IMG/VR virus record: IMGVR_UViG_3300034053_000106 | Location: 1 to 35,775 of that record | Origin: a virus | Taxonomy: Duplodnaviria > Caudoviricetes | Length of the DNA: 35,775 nucleotides | Reading direction: 5' to 3' (one strand) | Part shown: positions 17,412 to 26,190 of the stretch, piece by piece | Numbering within the stretch: position 1 is the first letter of the stretch | How the letters are laid out: each line of letters opens with the position of its first letter | Notes under the pieces: generated by a model | Told to the model about the DNA's origin: nothing | The model's database searches: none | Seen by the model: the letters and a program-made list of their open reading frames with translations, nothing else | Position numbers and translations under genes: made by a program

Positions 17412-17902
17412 CACACCAACGCCGCCTCGAAGATCGCGACGAAATCGGTGTCGGTGTTGCCGATGTCCGCCGCGGCAACGGCCCCGATGTTGGCGCGCGC
17501 TTGTTCCTGCTCCGGCGCCGTGAGGCTCTGGGCGGCATCGAAGCGCACCCGGTTGTTGACTGCTGCCAGCAGGGCGTCCAGACCCGTGGTCCCGTCTTGC
17601 AGCAGTTGCTGAATTTCGATCAGGGTGTCGTAGGCGGCGTCAGCCCCACCCAGAATTTCAGCTTTCAGCACATCGAGCAGACCGACGATCTTGCTCGACG
17701 AGTACGTGGAGGTGAGGCTCACGGTCACGTCGTCGATCGAGGTCGCCGCGGCGACCGCAGATTGCAACTCGTTGATCGCGCCAACCAGACTGGTCTTGTC
17801 GGTCGTGGTCAGGTTGGCCAATAGGCCTGTCTTGCCATTGAGGGTATTGAACTCTTGCGCCAGGCGTACGACCAGGCTTTCGATGCGGGCTTGCAGACTC
17901 AT
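17411..17902 (-). CDS. Hypothetical virion protein (fibre-like)
   Basis: LTTTDKTSLVGAINEL, YDTLIEI and QEQARANIGA motifs typical of phage fibre proteins. AGGAG RBS. Confidence 0.6.
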   Translation of the reverse strand: MSLQARIESLVVRLAQEFNTLNGKTGLLANLTTTDKTSLVGAINELQSAVAAATSIDDVTVSLTSTYSSSKIVGLLDVLKAEILGGADAAYDTLIEIQQLLQDGTTGLDALLAAVNNRVRFDAAQSLTAPEQEQARANIGAVAAADIGNTDTDFVAIFEAALV

Positions 17903-17920
17903 GTAAAGCTCCTTTGGAGG

Positions 17921-19900
17921 TCAGGACAGCCAGCGGCTTTTGATGACGCGCCGGCCTGTGTTGCGGTTGCCAGAAACAGCAAGGCCACCGCTGGAGGTGG
18001 CCTTGCTGAGTTCAATATCATTCAGGGACGGCGGCGCATCCGGTGGCGGCGCCATCCCGAGTTGGCGTTCGAGTTCGCGCCAGTGGCGTTCCTCGAAGCG
18101 ATCCAGGCCAGCTGCCGACGCGGCGGCGCGTGCGTACACGTAGCAGTCGAGCGCTTCGTTGCGCTCACGCATCTTTTGCCATTCGCGCACCGGGAAGCCG
18201 TTGCGGTCGCGCCGTGTGATCAGTTGTTCGGCGCACAGTTGCTGGATGAACTCGGCGTCGATTTTCGGCAGGTGGACGAAGCCGGTCGGATACGTCACCA
18301 TGACGCCGTCCTCGGCCACGTCCGCGCTCTTACGCAGGTTGTTGTAGAACTCGAGCTTGGCGATGCCGACCGCGACGCTATAGACCTTGATGCCGCGGCG
18401 CAGCTTCTTGCCGGCCTGCGAGACATCGATGGCCGTCGGCGTACCGATCAGGGCAGCGCCCCCCATCGACCCACTCCGCACGCCCTTGACCGCCATCACC
18501 CTCGCATCCCGGCAGGCCCGCACGAAGGCGTAGGCCTCCTGCGTGGCAAAGCCGGTGTCGAGCGCGAAACGGGCCAGCGGCATCGCGGCGCCCGAGGCGT
18601 GCGTCCAGTTCTCGGCGAGCAACTCACTGAGGCGCTTCCACACCGCGTCACGGGCGGTGTCGCCCATCAGGATGCGGTGCTCCACCAGCCACGACTCCTT
18701 GCCACGCCCAAAGGCCCAGATCGAGGCCTCGATGCGATCCTTCTGGACGTCAGCCGCGCCGACCAGGAGGAGTCCGCCTTGCGGCACGGTACCGATGCGG
18801 TACTCCTCACGGCGCTCGACCAGCCGTTGCCAGTCGGGCGCTTCGCCTTCCTCGACCCAGGTCTCGCCCAGTTCGGTGTTCTTGAAGGTCTTGATGGCGG
18901 CGGCCGATCCCGAGTCCTTGCTCACCGCCCCCTCCCAGGCCGCGGCGATGTCGCGCCAACTGCGCCAACCCACGGGGCTATACAGAGACGACAAGTGAAA
19001 GCCTGCCGTCTTGCCGTTGCAGTCCTCGACCATGGAGCGCCACTGGCCGTGCTCCAGCATCCAGGTCTTGTGATGCTCGGGAATCGCCGTGTCGCAGGAT
19101 TCGCAGATGTAGGCGGCGGTCTCCGGCAGCCCTTTATCCCAGCGCAGTTGCTCAAAGCGCAGCCACTGCCGATGCGAGCAATGCGGGCACGGCAGAAAGT
19201 AGCGGCGCTGATCCGAAGACTCGTACTCGCGCTCAATAGCCGAAGCCCCCGAAATCGTCGGCGTCGACACGATGAAAATCTTTCGGCGCGCGAAGGTGCG
19301 GGTACGTGCCTCAGCCAAGGAGATCGCATCGCCCTCCCCCTCCACGTCCAGCGGATAGCCGTCGACCTCATCGAGGAAGAGATACCGCACCGGCATCGAG
19401 CGCAACCCCACCGCGCTGTTGGCCCCGGTCATCACCAGCACGCCGCCGCGGAATTCCTTGGCCAGGATGGTGTTGCCCGAGTCGCGGCTCCTGGCCGGGG
19501 CGATCAGTTCCGCCAGGGCCGCCGACTCCTCGATCAGCGGGTCGATCCGCTGCTTGGAGTTGCGCTTGGCCATCTCCACGGTCGGCCAGACCGCCATCAT
19601 CGGACCCGGTGCGTGGTGGATGACGTAGCCGATCCAGTTCGAACCCATCTCGGTCGCGCCGAGTTGGGCAGCCTTCATGAACACCACCCGCTCGACCGGT
19701 GAGGTCGGCGACAGGCAGTCCATGATGGCCTTGAGGTACGGCGTGCGGCTGGTGCGCCAGCGCCCCGGCTCTGCAGACGCCTTGCTGGAGAGCATCCGGT
19801 GACGATCGGACCATTCCGATACCGTAAGCAGCGGGTCGGGAGTGAGTCCGTCGCGCCACGCTCGGTCGATCTCCTGCGCGCCTTCGTAGTCCATTGCCAT
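17921..19900 (-). CDS. Terminase large subunit (lambda GpA family)
   Basis: KAAQLGATE, LFLDEVD, VSTPT, CPHC, DVQ, LDTG and NEALDC motifs. GGAG RBS before ATG 19900. Confidence 0.95.
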   Translation of the reverse strand: MAMDYEGAQEIDRAWRDGLTPDPLLTVSEWSDRHRMLSSKASAEPGRWRTSRTPYLKAIMDCLSPTSPVERVVFMKAAQLGATEMGSNWIGYVIHHAPGPMMAVWPTVEMAKRNSKQRIDPLIEESAALAELIAPARSRDSGNTILAKEFRGGVLVMTGANSAVGLRSMPVRYLFLDEVDGYPLDVEGEGDAISLAEARTRTFARRKIFIVSTPTISGASAIEREYESSDQRRYFLPCPHCSHRQWLRFEQLRWDKGLPETAAYICESCDTAIPEHHKTWMLEHGQWRSMVEDCNGKTAGFHLSSLYSPVGWRSWRDIAAAWEGAVSKDSGSAAAIKTFKNTELGETWVEEGEAPDWQRLVERREEYRIGTVPQGGLLLVGAADVQKDRIEASIWAFGRGKESWLVEHRILMGDTARDAVWKRLSELLAENWTHASGAAMPLARFALDTGFATQEAYAFVRACRDARVMAVKGVRSGSMGGAALIGTPTAIDVSQAGKKLRRGIKVYSVAVGIAKLEFYNNLRKSADVAEDGVMVTYPTGFVHLPKIDAEFIQQLCAEQLITRRDRNGFPVREWQKMRERNEALDCYVYARAAASAAGLDRFEERHWRELERQLGMAPPPDAPPSLNDIELSKATSSGGLAVSGNRNTGRRVIKSRWLS

Positions 19901-19910
19901 CACTCCCCAG

Positions 19911-20456
19911 TCAATCAACTCTGGGGCGCAACTCGCCCAGCTCAATCAAGTGCTCGCGCACGGCAGCCTCCAGGGCCACGTGCATCTGATGCGCGTCGAT
20001 GCCGAGCGTGGAGGCCATCTGCCCGGAGATGCGTGCAGGCCAGTTCAGCCACGCGTCGCGCTCGATACGCGCAAGTTTGAACACGTGCGCCACGGCCTGC
20101 GCCCGATCCACCAGTTCCTTCTTGCGGTGTGCCAGCTCCACCTTGTTGAGCTGGGCTTTGAGCACTTCGTTGACGGTGCGTGCCTGCAGCAGCGATGTGC
20201 CACCCGTCGACAACGGTGGGGTGCCGGGTTCGGGCACCTCACGCTCGGGTAGTACGCGCGCCTTCGCGGTGCTGAGCTTCTCCGGCGCTGCCGCCTTGCG
20301 GGGTTGCAATGTGTTTTGTGCCCATTGGGCGTCCGCCGCATCCGCATCAATCGTGCCGTCAGGCAGCGGCGTGATCCGCCCGGTGTCGATGGCCTTTTTC
20401 ACGGCCACGTGCGAGACGCCACGGTGGCGCGCGTAGGCGCGAATCGAGAGTCCCAT
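19911..20456 (-). CDS. Terminase small subunit (Nu1-like)
   Basis: N-terminal HTH (SIRAYARHRGVSHVAVKKAI) plus coiled coil, directly upstream of terL. Confidence 0.8.
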   Translation of the reverse strand: MGLSIRAYARHRGVSHVAVKKAIDTGRITPLPDGTIDADAADAQWAQNTLQPRKAAAPEKLSTAKARVLPEREVPEPGTPPLSTGGTSLLQARTVNEVLKAQLNKVELAHRKKELVDRAQAVAHVFKLARIERDAWLNWPARISGQMASTLGIDAHQMHVALEAAVREHLIELGELRPRVD

Positions 20457-20496
20457 CGTCACCTTCACTCATTTGTTCGTCATTCCCGCAGATTGA

Positions 20497-20524
20497 GCTT
20501 GGCTTCCATCGGGGACAGCGCGTT
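20497..20524 (+). promoter_or_regulatory. Repeated promoter-like motif GCTTGGCTTC-N8-ACAGCGCGTT, copy 1
   Basis: 20 of 20 non-spacer bases are identical to the copy at 21139-21166. Both precede GAAGGAG RBSs. Confidence 0.7.
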
Positions 20525-20562
20525 CATCACATCGTGATCCACCAACCGTGAAGGAGAAGCTC

Positions 20563-21108
20563 ATGATCACCACCACCCTGACCCCGACCCAGCACGCGAT
20601 CCTGGCCTACGCGCTGGAGCACACCGATGGCAAGATCGAATGGTTTCCGGAGAAGATCAACGGCGGCGCGCGCAACAAGGTGCTCGACGGGATGTTCAAC
20701 CGTGCCCTGATCACCACCGACGGCACCGACTGGTTCGTCGCCGCCGAGGGCTACGACGCGATGGGCTATGCCCGTCCCGAGTTTGCACCCGAGACCGCGC
20801 CGGAAATCACGCCCGAACCCGCCCCCCTGGATCCCGATCCGGAGATCGAGGCCGCCGTGACGGCTGCGGAGGCCGAGTGGGCCAAGGAAAGGGCCAAGCC
20901 GCGCACCCGCGAGAACAGCAAGCAAGCCGAGATCATCCGGATGCTGCAGCGAGCCGAGGGCGCCACCATCGCGCAGATCTGCGAAACGACGGGTTGGCAG
21001 GCGCATACGGTGCGCGGCACCTTCGCCGGCGCCTTCAAGAAAAAACTCGGCCTGACCATCGTCTCCGACAAGGCCCAGGGCGGCGAGCGGGTGTACCGCA
21101 TCGCCTGA
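20563..21108 (+). CDS. DUF3489 domain protein (C-terminal winged HTH)
   Basis: SKQAEIIRML, GATIAQI, TGWQAHTVRG and LGLTIVSDK motifs. AAGGAG RBS. Confidence 0.85.
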   Translation: MITTTLTPTQHAILAYALEHTDGKIEWFPEKINGGARNKVLDGMFNRALITTDGTDWFVAAEGYDAMGYARPEFAPETAPEITPEPAPLDPDPEIEAAVTAAEAEWAKERAKPRTRENSKQAEIIRMLQRAEGATIAQICETTGWQAHTVRGTFAGAFKKKLGLTIVSDKAQGGERVYRIA

Positions 21109-21138
21109 TCAGAAAGATCGAGAAAGAGGCCAAGCGCC

Positions 21139-21166
21139 GCTTGGCTTCTCAATCGAACAGCGCGTT
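21139..21166 (+). promoter_or_regulatory. Repeated promoter-like motif, copy 2
   Basis: GCTTGGCTTC-TCAATCGA-ACAGCGCGTT, about 40 nt upstream of ATG 21206. Confidence 0.7.
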
Positions 21167-21205
21167 ACTACGGGTGTCGCAACGATCAACCCGAAGGAGC
21201 CAGAG

Positions 21206-21574
21206 ATGAACGCCACCACACACATCCCCGCCACCCAGAACGAAGCCTGGGGCTTCTGGGGCACGATGAACGAGCACGCCAGCGCCGCATGGCCGCAGGC
21301 GTGCGCCGCCATCTCGGACGCCACCAGCCAGCCCCTCGAATCGGTTCGGGTCTTCCTCGACAGCCGCCACGGACGCCACTTTGCCGACAACGTCCAGAAC
21401 GGGCTTTACCAGGGGAAAACCCTGGCGGACGCGATTAACGCCGCCACCCAGCAGTGGATGGGCTGGACCATCGGGCGCCAGACCAGCAGGGACTACGGCA
21501 TCCCGCGCGGCATGCCCTACCTAACAGGCTTTGTGATTCACTGCGAGATTGTCGAAGAGACTTGGGTCGCCTGA
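21206..21574 (+). CDS. Conserved hypothetical phage protein
   Basis: AAGGAG RBS. Motifs NEAWGFWGT, FLDSRHGRHFAD and YLTGFV. Confidence 0.75.
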   Translation: MNATTHIPATQNEAWGFWGTMNEHASAAWPQACAAISDATSQPLESVRVFLDSRHGRHFADNVQNGLYQGKTLADAINAATQQWMGWTIGRQTSRDYGIPRGMPYLTGFVIHCEIVEETWVA

Positions 21575-21595
21575 GGCGCACAGGCTCCATTTTGG

Positions 21596-21616
21596 TCCAT
21601 TGCGGAGTACAATGGA
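21596..21616 (+). promoter_or_regulatory. TA operator palindrome overlapping a -10 box
   Basis: TCCATTG-N7-CAATGGA covering TACAAT (21608-21613). Confidence 0.6.
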
Positions 21617-21636
21617 ACCATTCAACGGAGGTTTCC

Positions 21637-21846
21637 ATGGCCATCAATGTAAAACTATCAGAAGCGCTGGTTGAGAGCGCCAAGCGCTACGGCAGCATCG
21701 AGCACCGCTCTGTACCCAAACAGATCGAGTACTGGTCACAGATCGGCAAGATCGCCGCAGAAAACCCGGATCTACCGTACAGCGTGATTCGTGACATCCT
21801 GATCGCCGATCAGGAAGAGCCTGTTGGCGAGTACCAGTTCGGCTGA
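21637..21846 (+). CDS. ParD-like antitoxin (type II TA)
   Basis: Start MAINVKLS at 21637 with GGAGG RBS. RSVPKQIEYW...ENPDLP motif. Confidence 0.85.
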   Translation: MAINVKLSEALVESAKRYGSIEHRSVPKQIEYWSQIGKIAAENPDLPYSVIRDILIADQEEPVGEYQFG

Positions 21847-22124
21847 TGCGCGTCCTTGTTACCCCGACCTTCGAGCGCACAGTCAAGAAACTGTACCCGC
21901 AGCAAAAGGCTGCACTTGATGAGGCCGTGCGCACGATAGCCACTCACCCCGAAGCCGGCGAAATGAAAGTCGGCGATCTGGCTGGCGTGCAGGTTTACAA
22001 GTTCCGCATGGACAAGCTGTTGTGCCTACTGGCCTACCGCGTACTGGATGAAAACACGCTCAAACTGCTGATGGTCGGGCCGCACGAGAATTTCTACCGA
22101 GACCTCAAGCGCACCGAGCACTGA
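21846..22124 (+). CDS. RelE/ParE-like toxin (type II TA)
   Basis: TPTFERTVKKL, KVGDLAGVQVYKF and GPHENFYRDLK motifs. Coupled to the antitoxin (TGATG). Confidence 0.88.
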   Translation: MRVLVTPTFERTVKKLYPQQKAALDEAVRTIATHPEAGEMKVGDLAGVQVYKFRMDKLLCLLAYRVLDENTLKLLMVGPHENFYRDLKRTEH

Positions 22125-22148
22125 TAAGCGACGCACACCGGAATGAGC

Positions 22149-23435
22149 CTAAGCAATGTGGAACGGCTGCACCGGCATCTCAACGTTTCCTGACGCCAAC
22201 AACTGATTGTCGAACAGCGTGCCATCCGCCTCGCGCGTGGCCTGCTTACCGGTGAAGTCCTCCCACCGGCGCACGATCACATCCACGTACTTCGGATCGA
22301 GTTCGATCAGCCGCGCGATGCGACCTGACTTTTCGGCGGCGATCAGCGTCGTGCCAGAACCGCCGAACGGATCGAGCACCACGTTACCCGGGCGGCTCGA
22401 ATTGCGGATCGCGCGCTCGACCAACTCCACGGGCTTCATCGTCGGGTGCAGGTCGTTCTTCTGCGGCTTCTTGATCGCCCACACATCGCCCTGATCGCGA
22501 TCACCGCACCAGTGGCGCTGCGCCCCCTCGGGCCAGCCGTAGAGGATCGGTTCGTACTGGCGCTGGTAGTCGGCGCGACCAAGCGTGAAGGTGTTCTTGG
22601 CCCAGATGATGAAGGTCGACCAGTGGCCACCGGCGGCGCGAAAGGCGGTCTGCAGCACATCCAGTTCGCTGGACGACATCGCCACGTAAATTCCCCCCCG
22701 GCAATGGGCCACGGTGGGCGTCAGGGCCGCCAGCAGGAAGTCGTAGAAGCCATCACCGAGGTTGTCGTTCAGGATCGCGCGATCCTTGCCGCGCATCTTG
22801 TCCTTGGCGCAGTTGGCGTAGTTCACGTTGTACGGCGGGTCGGTGAAGACCATGTCCGCCACCGCGCCTTGCATCAGTCGGTCGTAGCTTTCGGCCACGG
22901 TCGAGTCGCCGCACAGCAGTCGGTGCTGACCCATGATCCAGACATCTCCCGGACGCGAGATGGGTGTCTCGCTGACCTCGGGCACCGCATCCTCATCGGT
23001 CTGGCCTTCGTTGTCCGGCTCGTCGCCCGCGATCAGTTCGGCCAGCGCGTCGGCGTCGAAGCCAGTGATGTCCAGATCGAAGCCCTCGATCTGCAAGGCT
23101 TCCAGTTCGATCCTCAACATCGCATCGTCCCAACCCGCGTTCTCGGCAATGCGGTTGTCCGCGATGACCAAGGCACGGCGCTGGGTCGGACTCAAGTGAT
23201 CCAGCACTACCACCGGCACGATCTCCAACCCGAGCTTCTGGGCAGCAGCGAGGCGACCGTGGCCAGCCACGATGATGCCGTCGCTGCCCGCCAGGATCGG
23301 ATTGGTGAATCCGAACTCGGCGATGCTGGCAGCGATCTGCGCCACCTGATCTTCGGAATGGGTGCGCGCGTTGCGGGCGTAGGGCAGCAGCTTGGCGGTC
23401 GGCCATTGTTCGATCTTGTCGGCCAGCCAGTTCAT
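22149..23435 (-). CDS. ParB-N domain plus N6/N4 DNA methyltransferase
   Basis: ParB-like NARTH, FGFTNPI, AGHGR and ADNR motifs. Catalytic DPPY followed by SAM-binding DPFGGSGTT (beta order). Confidence 0.92.
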   Translation of the reverse strand: MNWLADKIEQWPTAKLLPYARNARTHSEDQVAQIAASIAEFGFTNPILAGSDGIIVAGHGRLAAAQKLGLEIVPVVVLDHLSPTQRRALVIADNRIAENAGWDDAMLRIELEALQIEGFDLDITGFDADALAELIAGDEPDNEGQTDEDAVPEVSETPISRPGDVWIMGQHRLLCGDSTVAESYDRLMQGAVADMVFTDPPYNVNYANCAKDKMRGKDRAILNDNLGDGFYDFLLAALTPTVAHCRGGIYVAMSSSELDVLQTAFRAAGGHWSTFIIWAKNTFTLGRADYQRQYEPILYGWPEGAQRHWCGDRDQGDVWAIKKPQKNDLHPTMKPVELVERAIRNSSRPGNVVLDPFGGSGTTLIAAEKSGRIARLIELDPKYVDVIVRRWEDFTGKQATREADGTLFDNQLLASGNVEMPVQPFHIA

Positions 23436-23911
23436 GCCATCACCTCGGCATCCAGGGTGATGGCGCGTTCGGCAGCAATCTGCTCAAAGGACTGACCGGT
23501 GGCGATCAAGGTGACCGGCACGCCGGGGTGGTTCTGTTGGAAGCGTTTGATGGCGACATCCACGTACTCCGGCGCGATCTCCACGCTGCGGCAGATCCGA
23601 CCGGTGCGCTCGGCCGCGAGCATCGTCGTGCCGCTGCCGCCGAAGGGTTCGAACACGATGTCACCAACGTCGGTGTAGGCCTCGATCACGAACTCCGGCA
23701 GCGCCACCGGAAACACGGCCGGGTGGTCAATGTCCTGCCCGATCTTGCCTTTGTGGCGCATCACGCGGATCACCGAGTCGGGGATGCGGGTGCCGGCGGC
23801 AAAGAGCCGCGTCAGCACCGACTCGAGTTGGGCCAGCAGCGCCGTGCGGACCGCCTCGCGAGTGTGGCTGGGAGACGCCGGCGAGGTGATGACGTCGTTG
23901 AAATCAAGCAT
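23432..23911 (-). pseudogene. Chimeric deletion remnant: primase-like N-terminus fused in frame to a DNA methyltransferase C-terminus
   Basis: AAGGAGG-ATG at 23911 (MLDFND...LESVLTRLFAAG), then TRIPDSV...HPAVFP...FEPFGGSGTT. Has the SAM motif but no catalytic (D/S)PPY motif or ParB domain. Confidence 0.75.
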
Positions 23912-24344
23912 GCAGAACCTCCTTGTTCTTGACCGCGTGGGCCTTTGCAGGCGGGACTGAAGTGCACGGACGCATGGGCGAACTGACTGGTTTGGCCTTG
24001 GGCGCGCGCACCCAGTACTTCGCCTCGGAGGCGAGATAACCGGCCTCACGTGCGACTTCGCGAACGAAGTACGGCTCGAGTCCGACCAGATCGGCCCACT
24101 GCACCAGGGCGTCACCGAGAACGAAGCGGCGCGCTTCGCGTCGCACGCCCTCCTTAGTACTGATGCAGTCGACGATGGCGAGCGCGATCACGGCCACCGC
24201 GAGCCGGGCTTCGGGGGTGCTGAGCTCGGCATGGCGGTTCAGCACGCGCTCAAGCGTCTTCATGCCCACGAGTGGGCGCGGCGGGCGCCAGCGCAGGTTT
24301 TGTGCAAGGGCGAGCGCGGAGGTGGGCATCGATGGCGTGCTCAT
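23904..24344 (-). CDS. Hypothetical phage protein (146 aa)
   Basis: Start MSTPS overlaps the upstream stop (ATGA). Helical core PEARLAVAVI...DLVGLEP. Confidence 0.65.
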   Translation of the reverse strand: MSTPSMPTSALALAQNLRWRPPRPLVGMKTLERVLNRHAELSTPEARLAVAVIALAIVDCISTKEGVRREARRFVLGDALVQWADLVGLEPYFVREVAREAGYLASEAKYWVRAPKAKPVSSPMRPCTSVPPAKAHAVKNKEVLHA

Positions 24345-25105
24345 TGCGCCCCTCCCGACTGCCAGCAGCGGTCCTGCCACGCACACAGCCGGCACTCGAA
24401 GTGCGTCGGCTTGGCGAAGCTGCGCGGCAGCTGTTCGCCAGCTTCGGTCGCCCGGATGATCTTCACCGCGCGATCGGACATGCGCTGCGCGAGCGCCGAA
24501 TCGAACGGCACCAGTTCGAACCACAACTCCTGCGTGTCCTTGTTGATCGCGGTGAAGAGCGCCGGCTGGCGGCTGATGCCTTCGACCGTGCCTTCCATGT
24601 AGGCCTGGTACGTCGCCATCTGTGCCGCATAGACGGGCTTCGTGACCGCGACGCCGGACTTCACGCACGCGCGCCAGTGCTTATCCATCATCGTCTTGCA
24701 CTCCCACAGCATCGGGAACGCGAGACCGAGTTCGGGAGGCGCCGCGGTGATGATCCCGTCAACGTGGCCCTGGATGCGGCCGCCGGCAACCGAGAATCCA
24801 AACTGTCCCCCATTGGCCTTTTGGTTGTGCAGTTCGAACCCGGCCCGACGCAGCCAGCGCACCGCCAGGTCCTCGAGCACGTGTCCGACCTCAAAGATCC
24901 TCAGCGTGCGTCCGGTAAAACCCCTTGCGGGGTCGACCGGGGCACCGACGTATTCGTATTGCAGGGCACGCTCACAACTCACCCCGAGGCGCGAGGCCCC
25001 GAGGTAGCTGCGTGGAGACTGCCGCGCGCGTTCCGCATCGAGCGCGGCGTCGATCACGGCCGTCACCTGCTCGTGAAATTTGGGCTGATGATTGAAGTCG
25101 AGCAT
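24341..25105 (-). CDS. PD-(D/E)XK nuclease, Cas4/AddB-like
   Basis: ASRLGVSC, G-H, GHVDG, ECKT, QMATY and C-terminal CxxCxWxxxC. Confidence 0.85.
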   Translation of the reverse strand: MLDFNHQPKFHEQVTAVIDAALDAERARQSPRSYLGASRLGVSCERALQYEYVGAPVDPARGFTGRTLRIFEVGHVLEDLAVRWLRRAGFELHNQKANGGQFGFSVAGGRIQGHVDGIITAAPPELGLAFPMLWECKTMMDKHWRACVKSGVAVTKPVYAAQMATYQAYMEGTVEGISRQPALFTAINKDTQELWFELVPFDSALAQRMSDRAVKIIRATEAGEQLPRSFAKPTHFECRLCAWQDRCWQSGGAQ

Positions 25106-25539
25106 CACGCCTCCCACGGCAAGTCGTCTTTGAAGTCGGCAAAGCCTGCTCCCGCGGCCTTGCCCCCTGCGTGCGCGGCACGCTGTTCGACCATCGCCTC
25201 TGTGAATCCGGTGACGATGGCCTCGATCACCGCCAGCGCCTCGGCTTCCGAATACGCGCCGAGCGCCTTGTCGAAGCCGATCACGTCGGCCGCCTCCCCA
25301 AAGGCCTTCAGGCAGGCGCGCATCGCCGCGCGCTCGTGTTCAGTCGCGTCGATCATGAAGTGCTCCTTTCGTGGCGGGTTCGCGGCGGCCCACTGCCCGT
25401 ACAGCGCCGCAAACAGGTCCTGACAACGACGGCTGCAGAACGCCCAGTGGGTCGGATAGCGCGCGGGCTCGCCCGGACGGAAACGGGTATCGGCGTGCCC
25501 GAATCCTCGGGCTTCCCGCGGGCAGACCCAGCATTTCAT
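25105..25539 (-). CDS. DUF6511-like protein
   Basis: N-terminal CxxC...FCSRRC Zn motif and C-terminal DDLPW tail. Confidence 0.7.
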   Translation of the reverse strand: MKCWVCPREARGFGHADTRFRPGEPARYPTHWAFCSRRCQDLFAALYGQWAAANPPRKEHFMIDATEHERAAMRACLKAFGEAADVIGFDKALGAYSEAEALAVIEAIVTGFTEAMVEQRAAHAGGKAAGAGFADFKDDLPWEA

Positions 25540-25551
25540 CGCGCGGCCCCA

Positions 25552-26184
25552 TCACTGTGCCCACGCCGGTTTGCCGCTCGGCGCGCTCGGTCGAGCGGCA
25601 GGATTGGATGCGGCCGGGGTAGGCGATTGGGTGGGGTGGGCAGGCGGAGCGGACGTTGCGACCGGCGAGCTCGGCGCAGGCAGCCCCATCAGCCGCACGT
25701 AGTCGCGGTGATCGGGTTCGACCGGGTTCCGGATGGTGTTCCGGTCGCCCCCCTTGGCGTCTTTCTCGATGTCGATGCGGGCGACGAATTCGAGACCGTT
25801 CAGATCGCCGAAGTCGCGGATACAGCGCGCCGCCAGGGCCCCCTGCGTGGTGTCCTGAGGATGGACGTTGCGCGCGGAGTTGAGCGCGGCGCGGATGAAG
25901 GTGCGCCCCATGTTGGCCCACGTCGGCCCCTTCGCCGAGTGCAGCCCGACGTTCCACCACAGTTTCCGCTTGGCATACGGCCCGTCGAGGACGATGCCCT
26001 CGCAGGCGAGGAACACCGCGCCGGTGTCGAAGGACTCGCTCGCCCAGCCGCCCGTCCAGCCCATCTCAAGGTTGTCGAACGCGCCCGGCTTGATCGTCAT
26101 CCTGAGCTTGACGAGCGTCCCCTTCGGAATCAGGTCGAACCCTTGTTGTTGCTCGGCGTCGTTGAAGTTGTTCCATTGGGTCAT
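25552..26184 (-). CDS. Putative phage ssDNA-binding protein
   Basis: FDLIPKGT, GPYAKRKLW, and a Pro/Ala tail ending KPAWAQ. Lies downstream of the Sak4-like ATPase. Confidence 0.6.
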   Translation of the reverse strand: MTQWNNFNDAEQQQGFDLIPKGTLVKLRMTIKPGAFDNLEMGWTGGWASESFDTGAVFLACEGIVLDGPYAKRKLWWNVGLHSAKGPTWANMGRTFIRAALNSARNVHPQDTTQGALAARCIRDFGDLNGLEFVARIDIEKDAKGGDRNTIRNPVEPDHRDYVRLMGLPAPSSPVATSAPPAHPTQSPTPAASNPAARPSAPSGKPAWAQ

Positions 26185-26190
26185 CGCGGC

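Noticed and set aside
6303-19702. Long plus-strand ORFs (e.g. 6303-7931, 13631-15247, 15302-17014, 17855-19702)
   Set aside because: Antisense shadows of high-GC phage genes, with no motifs.
22149-23911. Restriction-modification system
   Set aside because: No cognate endonuclease. These are orphan phage ParB-methylases and one is truncated.
24341-25105. Cas4-like nuclease suggesting CRISPR-Cas
   Set aside because: No array or other cas genes. Solo Cas4-like nucleases are common in phage recombination modules.
23897-25105. Identical MLDFN starts of the nuclease and the chimeric gene as the cause of the deletion
   Set aside because: The junction is about 120 nt downstream of the second MLDFN, so this similarity does not explain it.
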